A DNA stretch of 64,000 nt from Takakia lepidozioides (lineage: Eukaryota > Plantae > Bryophyta), in the NCBI GenBank assembly GCA_030704615.1, contig CM060734.1, positions 24,862,001 through 24,926,000 on the forward strand. The letters run 5' to 3'. The notes under the pieces are model-generated. The model was not told where the DNA came from. It worked only from the letters and a program-made list of their open reading frames with translations, and ran no database searches. Positions 21,785-33,659 of this stretch are shown in pieces (position 1 is the first letter of the stretch; every line of letters starts with the position of its first letter). The position numbers and the translations under genes were made by a program.

Positions 21785-24670
21785 GAACGCGACCGCCAAT
21801 TATGGCGGTCGCTTTGTTTTTCGAAATTAAAAAAGAAATAGCAACTGCCGTATTGGCGGTCGCTTCAATTTATTTACAAGATTGGCGGTCGCACTGGCGG
21901 TCGTTTTAATTTTTTAAATAGAAAAAGAAATAGCGACCGCCATATTGGCGGTCGCTTCAAAGTTTTTTAAAAAAAAAAACAAGATTGGCGGTCGCACTGG
22001 CGGTCGCTTTATTTTTCGAATTAAAAAACAAATAGCGACCGCTCTCTTGGCGGTCACTTCAATTTATTTAAAAAAAAAAACAAGGTTGGCGGTCGCATTG
22101 GCGGTTGCCTAATTTAAAAAAGAAAACAAGCGACTGCCGTATTGGCGGTCGCACAATTTTTGTAAATATGTACAGAACAAGCGACCGCCATATGGCGGTC
22201 GGATAATTTCAACAAAAAAAAAAAAAACAGCGACCGCTTAAAACAAACGATCGCCATGTGGCGGTCGGTAAATTTAAAATTATATAAAAAAAACAAGCGA
22301 CATATGAAAATAAAAGCGACCGCCACACCGGTGGTCGCTTGTTTTAAAACAATACAATATTTGCGACCACCAAACCGGCGGTCGCGTCAATTTTAAAATA
22401 TGTATTAAGTTTAAGCGACCGCTAGCCTGGAGGTCGCTTAAACTTAAAAATATAAAGATTAAAAGCGACCGCCTTACTGGCGGTCGCGTTTTTTTAAAAA
22501 TATTAAAAATAAAAGCGACCTCCATATTGGCGGTCGCTTTATTTTAAATATATTAACAAATGAAGCGACCGCCATACGGGCGGTCGCTTAAATTTAAAAA
22601 TATACAAAATAGAAGTGACCGCAATATTACACAAAATGAAAGGAAATAAAAGCGACCGCAGTAGTGGCAGTCGCTTGTTTTTCATAAAAAATAAAAATAG
22701 CGACCGTAGTATTAGCGGTCGCTTAATTTCAAAATTACAACAAATATTGTTGTACAGCCTTTTTCGGGTGGGCGCTATTGGTTCGTTATTTATTCATTTC
22801 ACTTTCATTTCACTTTCATCCATCTTGGATCATATATAAGGGAGGAGGGTCACCAAGCTCCTCACTACTTTTGGCGCAAACACTTGAGGTTGTTTTGGAT
22901 GTTCTATTCCATTGAACGAGAGTGTAGCCCAAGAGGAGGGTGCGCACCTTTTGCCGTTGTGGCTTCCACCAAAGCAATTTCAGCAGATTGTGTATAAACT
23001 CAACACTACCCCCCCCCCCTTCATTCCTCGCTCCACGCGCAAGACAGACCTTGTAGAAGCGACCGCCACCTTCGCGGTCACTCCCATTAAAAAAAAAAAA
23101 CGACCGCCAGTAATGTTGGTCGCCCTATTTTCAAAAATAAAAAAATAAAAGCGACCACCAGTAATGGCGGTCGCTGCATTTTAAAGAATAACCATTACAG
23201 CGACTGCCAGAAATGGCTGTCGATGCATTTTGTAAAAACAAAAACTGCCAGTAATGGAAGTGAGGAGAGGAGCTTATATGCCCCCCCCCGCCTCATTCCT
23301 CGCTCCACGCGCAGGGCAGACCTCGTAGAAGCGACCGCCATCTTGGCGGTCGCTCCATTTAAAAACAAAAAAAATGGACCGCCACAAATGGCGGTCGCTC
23401 CATTTCACCAAAAAAAAGAAAAAAAGCGACCGCCAGTAATGGCGGTCGCTGCATTTTCAAAAAGAACAATTACAGCGACCCCCAGTAATGGCGGTCGCTG
23501 CATTTATAAAAAAAAAAAAAAAAAACTTCAAGCGACCGCCTGTAATGGAAGTGAGGGGAGAATGAGTCGGAGCTTATATGCCCCCCTCCCCCCGCCTTAC
23601 TCCTCGCTCCATGCGTAGGGCACACTTCGTAGAAGCGACCGCCACCTTGGCAGTCGCTCCATTTTTATTTTCAAAACAATTAAAATGAAAATGACCGCCA
23701 TTACTGGCGGTCGCTCCATTTCCAACCAAATTTAAATACAAGCGACCGCCACTAATGGTGGTTGCTGCAATTACAAAAAACAACAATAGCGGCGACCGCC
23801 CCTAATGGCGGTCACTCCATTTTCCTCCAAAAAACAAAAAAACGACCGCCAGTAACGGCAGTCGTTTCATTTCCAAAATAATTAAAATAAAAGCGACTGC
23901 CAGTAATGGCGGTCGCTTCATTTCCAAAATAATTAAAATAAAAGCGACCGCCAGTAATGGCGATCGTTTTATTTGGGGATATACATGGCGGTCGCTTTAA
24001 TTTTAATTATTTTGGAAATGAAGCGACCGCCGTTACTGGTGGTCGCTTTTTTGTTTTTTGGAGGAAAATGGAGCGACCGCCATTAGGGGCGGTCGCCGCT
24101 ATTGTTGTTTTTTTGTAATTGCAGCGACCACCATTAGTGGCGGTCGCTTTTATTTAAATTTGGTTGGAAATGGAGCGACCGCCATTTGTGGCGGTCGCTT
24201 TTATTTTAATTGTTTTGAAAATGAAAATGAAGCGACCGCCATTACTGACGGTCGCTTTTATTTAAAAATTTTTGAAAATGAAGCGACCGCCATTATAGGC
24301 GGTCGCTTCTCTATATTTTGGAGGAAAATCGAGCGACCGCCATTACGGGCGGTCGCCGCAATTGTTTTTTTTTTTGTAAATCTAGCGACCGCCACTATAG
24401 GCGGTCGCTTTTATATAAAAATTTGTTGGAAATGGAGCGACCGCCATGACTGGCGGTCGCTTTTATTTCAATTGTTTTGAAAATCAAGCGACCGCCATTA
24501 CCGGCGGTTGCTTTTATTTTAATTTTTTTGAAAATGAAGCGACCGCCATTACTGGCAGTCACTTCAATTCTTAATGTCTCTGTAAATATATAGCGACCGC
24601 CAGTTCTGGCGGTCGCTTATTTTTTTATTTTCCGGAAAATGGAGCGACCGCCAAGTTCGCGGTCGCTTCT
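21785..24670. repeat. Array of about 50 palindromes AGCGACCGCC-N5/6-GGCGGTCGCT separated by A/T-tract spacers; resembles the subterminal repeats of a CACTA/En-Spm-type element
   Basis: Directly visible; count by eye. ~250-300-bp higher-order units start at ~23010, ~23255 and ~23545. Spacer polarity flips from A-rich to T-rich at ~23980. Confidence 0.9.
22748..23005 (+). mobile_element. Short (258 bp) LTR-like segment, copia-style termini, embedded in the palindrome array
   Basis: Termini TGTTG...CAACA, with an internal TATATAAG at ~22833. Flanks (AATAT / CTACC) do not form a TSD. Confidence 0.5.
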
Positions 24671-25034
24671 AGAAGATTCACCCTGCACGTGGCCCGAGGA
24701 ATGAGGGGGGGGGGGGGATATAAGCCAAGGGAGGCTCATTCTCCCCTCACTTCCTCTCCACACAACTTTTGTGTGCGTGACATTTCATTAATCCACGACA
24801 CGTAGTCACGTGGATAAAGAGGCCATTGGTTGGGTGGGGGGTATTTTTTGCCGCGAAATCTATGAGGTCGTTGCCGAATGCTCCCATAGGCCCTCCTATG
24901 GCTTCCATGATCATTTTATTCTACAAAATTAGCTTTTATGAACTATTTTGACACCTACTCAAACTCGTTTAGGGTGAAGGGTTTAGAGTTACGTCTTATT
25001 AGTAAACCTCGTTTAGTGTTGCTCTGATTGTTGC

Positions 25035-26700
25035 AGAATGGCAGAGGGCCAAGACGATGACCGTTATGGAAGAGATGACCCCAATGAATATGGACCGCCC
25101 CCTAACAAAATCAAAGGGTCAAGGCAAGACTTGAATTAGGAAGTATATGGTGACCCTAACATACTAGCAGAAGAGGGCTGGGAGGATGTTCCGGAAGAGT
25201 TCAGGTGACCGATGACGAGATGCCAAAAATTCGTGAAATGGTACCACATCAATCGATTGTGGCCTTTGGATAGGCATGACGTGCAAACCCGAAACAATTA
25301 CGCAGAGTCTAGGTCTTGCACGAACTTGCATTTCCAGCATAGGGCGAATGAGGTGCATTGCACATTGTGGGGTTAATCTCTCTTAAAAGGCCAAATCCCG
25401 TACACCTTGGCAGCCATGTTGTACGTGGAGGTCATACTCTTGCGTCCAGTGAATTGGTAAACTGCTAGTAGGAGGAACGCAAGGTTACTATACAATTTGG
25501 AGTACATTCCGGACACGTTCGGAATACAACCGGCTCCAACGTTAGAGGAACAACTGGCGGAAAGAGACCAGCGAATCAGACATATCATCCAACGTTGAAC
25601 AGAGTTCATCCATGCCTACCACGTTGTTTCATGAGCTGAGAAGAGGATGCTTCACCAGGATGGAAGTGGTTAAGCCATGAACAGTGGATTTATCATCCAA
25701 CGAATGAATGAAATTCATCCATGTTTCTAGGTTACACCATGGGACGATGGGGGGCAGGATGAAAATGCCTAAGTGTACCTGCGATTTATTTCATCCACCA
25801 GATGGACGGATTTCATCCCTGATTTTCCAGATTACTCTATGAGCGCGATGAAAGTCCGCGGCCTGGATGAAAGTCGATCAACTCATCATCTACCTGTTTT
25901 CCATCCCAACGATGAACGGACTTCATCCTTGCAGGAAGTGTGATGGCGGGGAAGCCCTACGGGTGCTGTTGGAAGTAGAATGATGTGGTGTGTACAGCAG
26001 GGAGCTTGGTGCGCATGCATTGAGGTATATCGATTGAGGAGCATGGCGTGGCATGAGGTGCGGCTGACAAAGGAGGAACAATGCTTGGAAGGATGTGCAG
26101 CTGCGATTACAGGGAAGCGGTGCCGCCTTTTGATGATCTATTTCTGAAAGATCAACTCACGGGGGAAGGACTTGATATGTTGTGCAAGTGCAGGTGGGGT
26201 AAGACAGTGCCATCTGTTTGCTTTGTGATTATTTGAGCCTATGAGGAGAGGCAGAGCTACCGCTCTCCTTGTGATCACCACTTAGCAATTTATGAATTCA
26301 TGGGGGAAAACAGCTTGGTGGGCTATAGATACTGTGCCGTCATTGGCATTCATAATCACGATTGTACAAGGTAAGGCTTGCGGGAGAAGCAGCTTGCTGT
26401 CAGATGATGGGCAGGAATTAGGTTGATGACTTCGCAGTGTGATATCTTATGCAACTACCAGATTGAGGGCCACGGCTACAGTTGATTAGTGACGGGCATG
26501 AGGGCCGAACAAATCAATCCGTTTATGACAATCCGATGCGGGCAATCTGTTTCCTGCTAAAGTCTTGATTGTAGTTTAGACTTGTAATTAATCAAGATAG
26601 GGCGGTGCAGTGATTGTTTCACAGCTTTGAAGAGAGGGAGTGCTGCAAGACGATTCATGAAGGACAAGGGAAAATAAGAGATGGTCGGTCGGACGAATGG
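25035..26700 (+). pseudogene. Heavily decayed TE-associated coding remnant of uncertain family
   Basis: Acceptor-like TTGCAG at ~25031, then protein-like fragments (KFVKWYHINRLWPL, IPYTLAAMLYVEVILLRPVNW, HALRYID) with many stops and frameshifts. Lies directly after the palindrome array. Confidence 0.3.
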
Positions 26701-28237
26701 GATGGCGCATCTTGATTTCCAGGACCTAGATACCAGGGTAGAGACAGGGTGAACCTGTTAAGAAATAATCCCTGCCGGAGCAACATGCAGCCATCGCCGC
26801 TACTTGCCAGTCATACCCACTTTGTTGCATTGTAGTTTGATAGGATGATTAAGTATAGTGGGAGTCCCCGCCATGAGGGTGTTCCGCGGTATGAGGGTCC
26901 GTAGCCCGAGGGCTACGACCCGAATACCAAGGTACACCCGAGTGAGGACTCCCACCGCGTAAAGCCCGGTTTCTTTTCTTTTAATGGTGGCTCATCTTTT
27001 CAGATGGACGGTGGATATTTGTCTAGATCTACGGTTGATATTGAGCAACCTTGTACATGGGAAGCGCGATAGGGGTCGTTTAGTCGTTTGGTTTGATTTA
27101 CTATTCCCATTTTGCTATTATCCCATATCGTTTGCACCGCTTAGGGACTTCAGGCAGTATTTAAAGTAATGGGGGTGCGCGGGTGGTTGTAGGGGCTGCA
27201 GCGGGTAAAGTGTCCAGCTGTCAGGGAAATTATGAAGGTTACAGGGGATTTCCCTGTAACCTTCATAATTTCCCTGGAATGCCTTAATTGTGGCATATAA
27301 TCTGCCCTAGAAATACAAAGCAAAAATTAGGTCAGGTCTTTACGAACATCCCAGAGCTCCCAGCAGTGGTTTGCTCTTTGTGAATGCTACAAGGCCGTAA
27401 TGGGAGGATTCACCATCGACAGTCAGTGAAAAACTTTAGTCATCACATTTACAGACTTTTAATGCGTTACAATTGTTGAAGGAGAACCCAGGCCCGAAGG
27501 TGGGTGAACAGTGGGATACCAATCGAGACCTGTTCAGCAACATGTGAGATTCCGTCAGAGGCCTGACGCTAGGCGATGTGAAGTAATAATGTTTTTTAAG
27601 TCAATTCTATCGTAATAAAGTGATCCATAATATGACAATCAACATACATATGGGTAAATCGGTTGACAGATGTACGTAAGGGGGTCGTCCTAAGCCCTGC
27701 ATTTGCCCAGGCCACGGATTCCCTCTTTGTAGAGAAGAAGTAGAAGGGGTGAGAAAAATCATCACGCATATATAGTGGGGCCAAAAGTCGTGAACGTAGA
27801 AGAGAACCTTTACGTGTTTCTGACTCCACACCTCGGACCTTGCTCAACCTGAGCTGCTTTCCTAGCTTGCAAATCGACTGTTCTAATCAAGTGGCTGTTT
27901 ATTGTATCTATATTAGATAAATTGCTAACAAGTAATTCTTCTCTCGAAGACCATCTAAGTTGTTGATCCAACTTAGTGATGTCGGCTGCAATTTCTGCAC
28001 ACTGAGCAAGTGATAGCTGCCCGACTGTATTTAACCTGCTGACAATCGCAAGTTTTGTATCTCTTGGAAGTGCACACTACTTACGAAAAGGCTAATGTAA
28101 CTCAGCAATGAAGTACAAGTAAAACTTGAGTACAAGCAAAGACAGTCAACGATGTAGCATATGACCGCACTCGGGAGATGCACTGTATCTGTCTAGCACA
28201 GTGGATTCGAGATTTTATCTCGCAACTTAGGGCCCAA

Positions 28238-31200
28238 CTAGGATGGCTTGTTGATTAGAGGCCGTTGTGGTGTGGCCATATACAGCGGGGAAGCAAGCAC
28301 TGGGGCAATGCTCCTTTGCATGGCGGGTGTCTTTGGAGGTCTAAACATGGGCAGCAGCACGGAATTGATCCAGGGCTGGAGGTACTCTGCAATCTTGATT
28401 GTTGTAAAGAAGACAATGCGGTACAAGAACACCATGAGAAATAGAATGGCCAGGTTCCACCACTTGCTGCGGTTGACATTTATCTCCAAAACTTGAGTCA
28501 ACACTTGCTCTCCGCTGATACGTGGCCAACTGGGAACATAGTTTGTAAAGGTTAGGCCTTCGAAGTCATTCTCCGCCATACCCTGCAAATGCACGTTACC
28601 ACAGAAAAGCATTCAGATCTTTCGCAATGAAGCCAAATCAACAACCCTTTCAGGATTTCAGAATTATCATCACAATGACCACAACGTTGCTGCACTGCTT
28701 GATTTATCTGCTCCCGGTTCTCCTGTTCTGTTTGGCTGTCTTTCGCGCTTTGTGCAGCCTTTCAAGGACATCCTAGTTGCCAGTACGAGCTCTTCTGGCC
28801 ACCAACACAAAATAGCAAGGGTTCATGAAGACTGGAAAACTAATGCTTATCACATGCTCAAGTATAGTTAAGCATGCTCGTGTTGACTGCCTGGTCAATC
28901 TCAGAGAATCATTATGATCCATTGGAGAGTGGATCCCATGAACTGCCAAGATCTTATGCAACAAACCAAAGTTCCACATGATTTTCTGGAAATGACTTGA
29001 TTCTGGAAATGCCATAAACTGCGGACTCCAACTTTACCTGCAGGAAGTAGGTATGAAAGCTGATGTAGAACATAGGATACTTCCACATGAACTTTGGGTA
29101 ATCATTAGGCAGACGTGCAAACCCTGAGCAAAGGAAAAACACAGCCTGCCACCAGACAGAGGCACCATAAGTTTCTCCGTAATATGAACATATCTGATGC
29201 ACCCTAATCTACAAAGCATGTCCACCTTGGGATTTTCCATGTAATGTGGGAGCACGAGATTTCCTAGACAACAATTACTAAGATACCACAACTAATCAAA
29301 GGGCAATGTCTCCCCCTGAACAGCTGATGAAGACGACTCCATGGGACTTGATTCTTATTCCCCAGGTGAGAGTGTGATCAAAATAATGGTTGCAAACAAG
29401 AGTTTGAGGACCTGCCCTACACTCATGAGCTAAGCTATGGTGTGGAATATGGGATTTACAGGGAGAGTCTAGACTAGTTTTGGCAGTGGCCTGTCTAAAA
29501 CCAAGTGATTACATCCCTCAGGTCCCAGTAAAAGCACAAATGGAGTTCGATTATGCAGGCAGCTCCTGCTAGAGTTCCATATGCTTCGTTGCACAAGCCA
29601 AGCCAGTTGGTTTACATCAGTGGGTACCTTTTTCATCACCATCACCGTCATCACATGGGCCCTGCCTACCCTCACTTGGGCTACTTCCCTTCCACTGGCC
29701 TTGAAGCCAGAAACCAAGCAGGTGTATGTTATCTGACAACCCATTACACAAAATCATCTTCCTATCAATAGATCAATAGATCAAACACTCTTCACCTAGA
29801 AATTGGCATACCTGGACAGAAGCACCAAGGATAATGCCAAGTATATAGTTCGGGCTCACAAGGGCAGCAATTGCCATCATGAGACTCTCCACCACCCACA
29901 TGCTTGCAAATAAACATAGCGTGAAGTATACAAAGTGATCAACACCTGGGTGCAACCGGACCAAGTAATATGTAATGAGTGAGGTTGGGAATGCTATCAA
30001 CAACAGGAATGGCACCGATGACAGGGAGTTTGCAATCACAAAAGTAGCCACTCCATAGTGCCCGTTAAGTCTCTCTCGCCTGAATACCTGCAGCCAACCA
30101 TCACCTGACCATTTTTAAGACTCCACTTCATATCCCACAAACATTTTTAAAGGGAGAGCGTTGGACAGTTTGAATTCATAGGATTCAGTCCTAACATCTT
30201 GAAGACAGCAAGAGTGACAGTTGGAGAGAAAGCACTACCTTCAAGTCATCTACGAAAGATGGGAAACCACCAGCTGACATAAATGTCAAGAACCCTGTTA
30301 TGAATGTGAAGCTCGCAGATCTTGCCTGTCATGTATTCCCACCTCCACATATTAAGGCTTGAATAGACTTATAAGTTTGGCCGTCATTCTAATGAGCTGA
30401 CATCTTTCTAGGGTCGACATCACTCACACTGATCCAAAACTTCAAACCATTCTTCAGAATCTGCATAAGTGTTTAATAAGTTGCTACATAGATTACTAAT
30501 CTCGGAAGTGACTATCTAGGGTTAACATCAAGATTGATAGGCACACACTACCATAACCCTTCAAACCATGAGTGTCTGCAGCATAATAACTGGGGACGCT
30601 CCCACACTCAGTCGTCATTCCCTGTGTCAGTCTCTGCATCTCCCTATCTTGGTAAACTTATCATGGAGTAAATCAAAACTTGGCTTTCAAGTGCCTTTTG
30701 TTTGTTGTGCATTGCTAAGCCATAAGCTGTTTGCACTCATTTGAATACAAACCAAAAACATAGCCTTGCTGTGGTAAAATTGCAGAACACTGCTTATGTG
30801 GGAGTCCATAATCTAAAAATACAAATGAAACGTACCCTCACTGAGTCCCACTCAGTCCCCAAATTTTGATACACAGTGCCAATGCTGATAGCGAGTGCAA
30901 TATAGACTCCTAGACGAAGCCAGTAATAGCCCAAGTCTCTTGACATGTTTATGAAGGACCTTCTTGTCAGTGATACCGATTGGACCCAGAAGCTTGGTTG
31001 GCTCCCAGCTGAGTCCTGTAGCTGATCCACCTGGAAAGGGACACATAGATGTAAAGGGAAAAAGATCAACCAGCTGACGTTCACTGCAATTTGCAGGCAT
31101 TCAAATTGAGAATGCCCTCCTCTCTAAAGAAGTCTCACACTACTAGTCACAGTGAGGCATTTCTCGTACATCACAATCTAACTTAGAATCAATACATCAT

Positions 31201-33659
31201 GGCAAGTAGCTGACAATGACAACCCACTATTTAAAACAGTCACTATGTCCTTGCTAGAGTTGGCTGATACAGAGCTAGGTGGGGCAGTGGACAACCCTTA
31301 GAAACATCTCGAAATTACATATATGTGCATGCAGTCTAGAGACTGCAGCAACTGTATGGGCCACATAACTAGGTGAATCTCAGCACTTACTTGCTTTGAC
31401 AGTGTTTGCACTGTTGTGGCAGCTGCATATGCAGCATCAGAGCACACATAGGTATCAATCAGAATCTTCACGATTTCAGTGGTCTGCAATCCCTCCAAAG
31501 GACCCCCCTTTTCCATATCCTGAAGGCACATGCACAAAGCCTCAGCATGTCCTCCATCTGGCTGGATACTCTCAAGTAACAGGACCTCTGTACACTGAAC
31601 AGTACAGCTCTAGCTGCCCTCTAAAAGATGGGTCGACACATTTGAGGGTCAGGTTCTACCCACCTGGATCAAAGACGTGTCAAGCTCTTGGTCATCGAAG
31701 GCAAGGTTGATTGCCCGAAGAAAATGGTCAGAGGGGTTCCGCAATGGTGGGCAAGGGAACCCAGCTGTAGCGAAGTACTGCACACGCTCAGTCGTAGAAA
31801 CGAACAGTATACATATGCAGCACTTGAGGATTCTACATTTGCGTGTGAAGAATATAATGATGATGAGAAAGGTGATACTAAACAGTGATCAAGCGAAGTA
31901 AATCGGTAAACGATTCTGTGTAGACCCAACGAGAAAATAGAAATGTATTAAAGAATTTAAGAAGGTGGAGTGATTGTGGATGTGCACACTGTACCTCACA
32001 CGCTTCTGAGGCTTTGCCAAAGTAAATTGTTCGCCCTTCAGATAGCAAGAAGAGAGTGTCAAAACAGTTAAACACCTCACTGCTGGGCTGGTGAATCGAG
32101 GCAATGATTGTGCGTCCATCTCTGGCCAAGTTCCTCAGCTTACACGTCACAAAGAATGCAGCAGCACTGCAACAACCCACATATGCATGTGACCGACTAC
32201 CTTACAAAATAATTGATTCAGGCTGAGAAACTGTTCCCAAGACCATGAGGTGGATATGCCTTGGAACGGTAAACGAGCAGATTCACAAATTGCAAACAAA
32301 CCTGTCGAGTCCACTGATGGGCTCATCGAGATATAACAGGCTAGGCCGTGTAAGAATCTCGATAGCAATACTGAGACGTCTCCTCTCCCCCCCACTTAAA
32401 CCTTTCAAATGCCAGTTGCCAACTTTCGTATCGGCACAGGCCCGGAGACCCATTTCCGCAATTGCAGTCTCAATGATTGCCTTCTTCTGAGGGCGTGACA
32501 TAGTTCTTGGGAGCTGAAGATGTGCAGAGTAGTAGATGGTCTCACGAACTGACAAAGTCCCTGTCAAGATGTCATCTTGGGTCACATACGCCTGCATCAT
32601 TTCCTTGAAAATATTACTTGGACGTTCAAACCCAGATCAATGGATTCAGCATGCATGCAAAGGATTCAACTGACTAGTGCCCTTTACTGCACCCCCATTG
32701 CATTCGAATTGCCTATTCAGAGGAATTTAACACATAAGCTCACTGACACCGGTACATTACTCTGAAGACGCTCAGAAGGGGAGGAGACATACAGTAGTCC
32801 CGTAGGACATTTGTTGCTTGCATCCATTGAGAAGGATCTCACCCTCCTGTGATGTATTCCTTGCTAATCGCCCTGGTGAGCAGAACTTTTAAATCTTGCA
32901 TCAGTCCGCTTCCCATCAATGTAGAGAAAAATTCCACTATCTCCTACGTTATTGGACGTGTCAAATGCATCAAAGCCCCTGGGCACATGTCCAAATAAGG
33001 GCTGAAAGAAACTTTCAGAAACCTCAGAACAATGATTGGGCAGGTGTAGTTAAACTAGTCACTCCCGTTCAATTTCGAATAACATGCCCCAGCTTCTTAT
33101 GAAAGTAGATATTTAGAAACCGTCACATTCAGTCAAGGACAGACATTGGGATGCGAACTGCTAGCCCTGTTTAGACATATCTAGACTGAACCTAGACTGA
33201 ATGTTACTATCGAATCCTGCTGCAAGATCCGCTCAAATCCTGGCCTAAAATTATGACCTCAAGAGAATGTGAGTCCTATGGAAGAGTACCTGAAAGAGCA
33301 TCGAGCAGGGTAGACTTTCCAGACCCAGATGGACCCATGATAGCCAAAACTTGGCCAGGCTCAGCATACCCTGTAGCATTGACAAGAACAGTACGCCTCT
33401 CGCCCTTCAGATTTGAAACTGACACTGACAAGTCTCTCCATGTCAGTGTTGCAGTATTTTCTGTACGTTTTTGCATTCCAAGCTCGCTCTCCCCATTCAC
33501 CTTACCGAGGGGGCTCATCCTTCCTAGAGCAATACCCCGGTTTGCATGTGCAGTGTCATACCCAGAACCATTCCCATAATTAGTCTCCGGATGCCCATTC
33601 AAGTTTGCCATGACGCCAGGTACGTAGATTGTTTCGATCAGAGTTTTCTCCTGCGACAT
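28238..33659 (-). CDS. ABCG11: ABC transporter G family half-transporter, ABCG11/12/13/15 (WBC) clade; 11 exons, ~721 aa, intact
   Basis: Exons 33659-33290, 32872-32793, 32591-32302, 32166-31995, 31777-31664, 31519-31391, 31030-30836, 30325-30239, 30087-29812, 29145-29038, 28582-28238; all GT-AG, phases consistent, total 2166 nt. Walker [11 protein letters not shown]-loop YVTQDD, signature LSGGERRR, Walker B LYLDEP, H-loop [40 protein letters not shown]. The symbol is clade-level, not proven orthology. Confidence 0.95.

Noticed and set aside
21700-22870. CACTA terminus for the palindrome array (CACTT at 21721, CACTA at 22863)
   Set aside because: Neither has a matching partner end or 3-bp TSD in the window.
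21785-24670. CRISPR array (palindromic repeats with variable spacers)
   Set aside because: Spacers are low-complexity A/T tracts that themselves repeat, there are no cas genes, and the context is eukaryotic and intron-containing.
27222-27312. Helitron 3' end (hairpin plus CTAG)
   Set aside because: The hairpin is longer and more AT-rich than typical, CTAG is ~30 nt away, and there is no Rep/helicase remnant.
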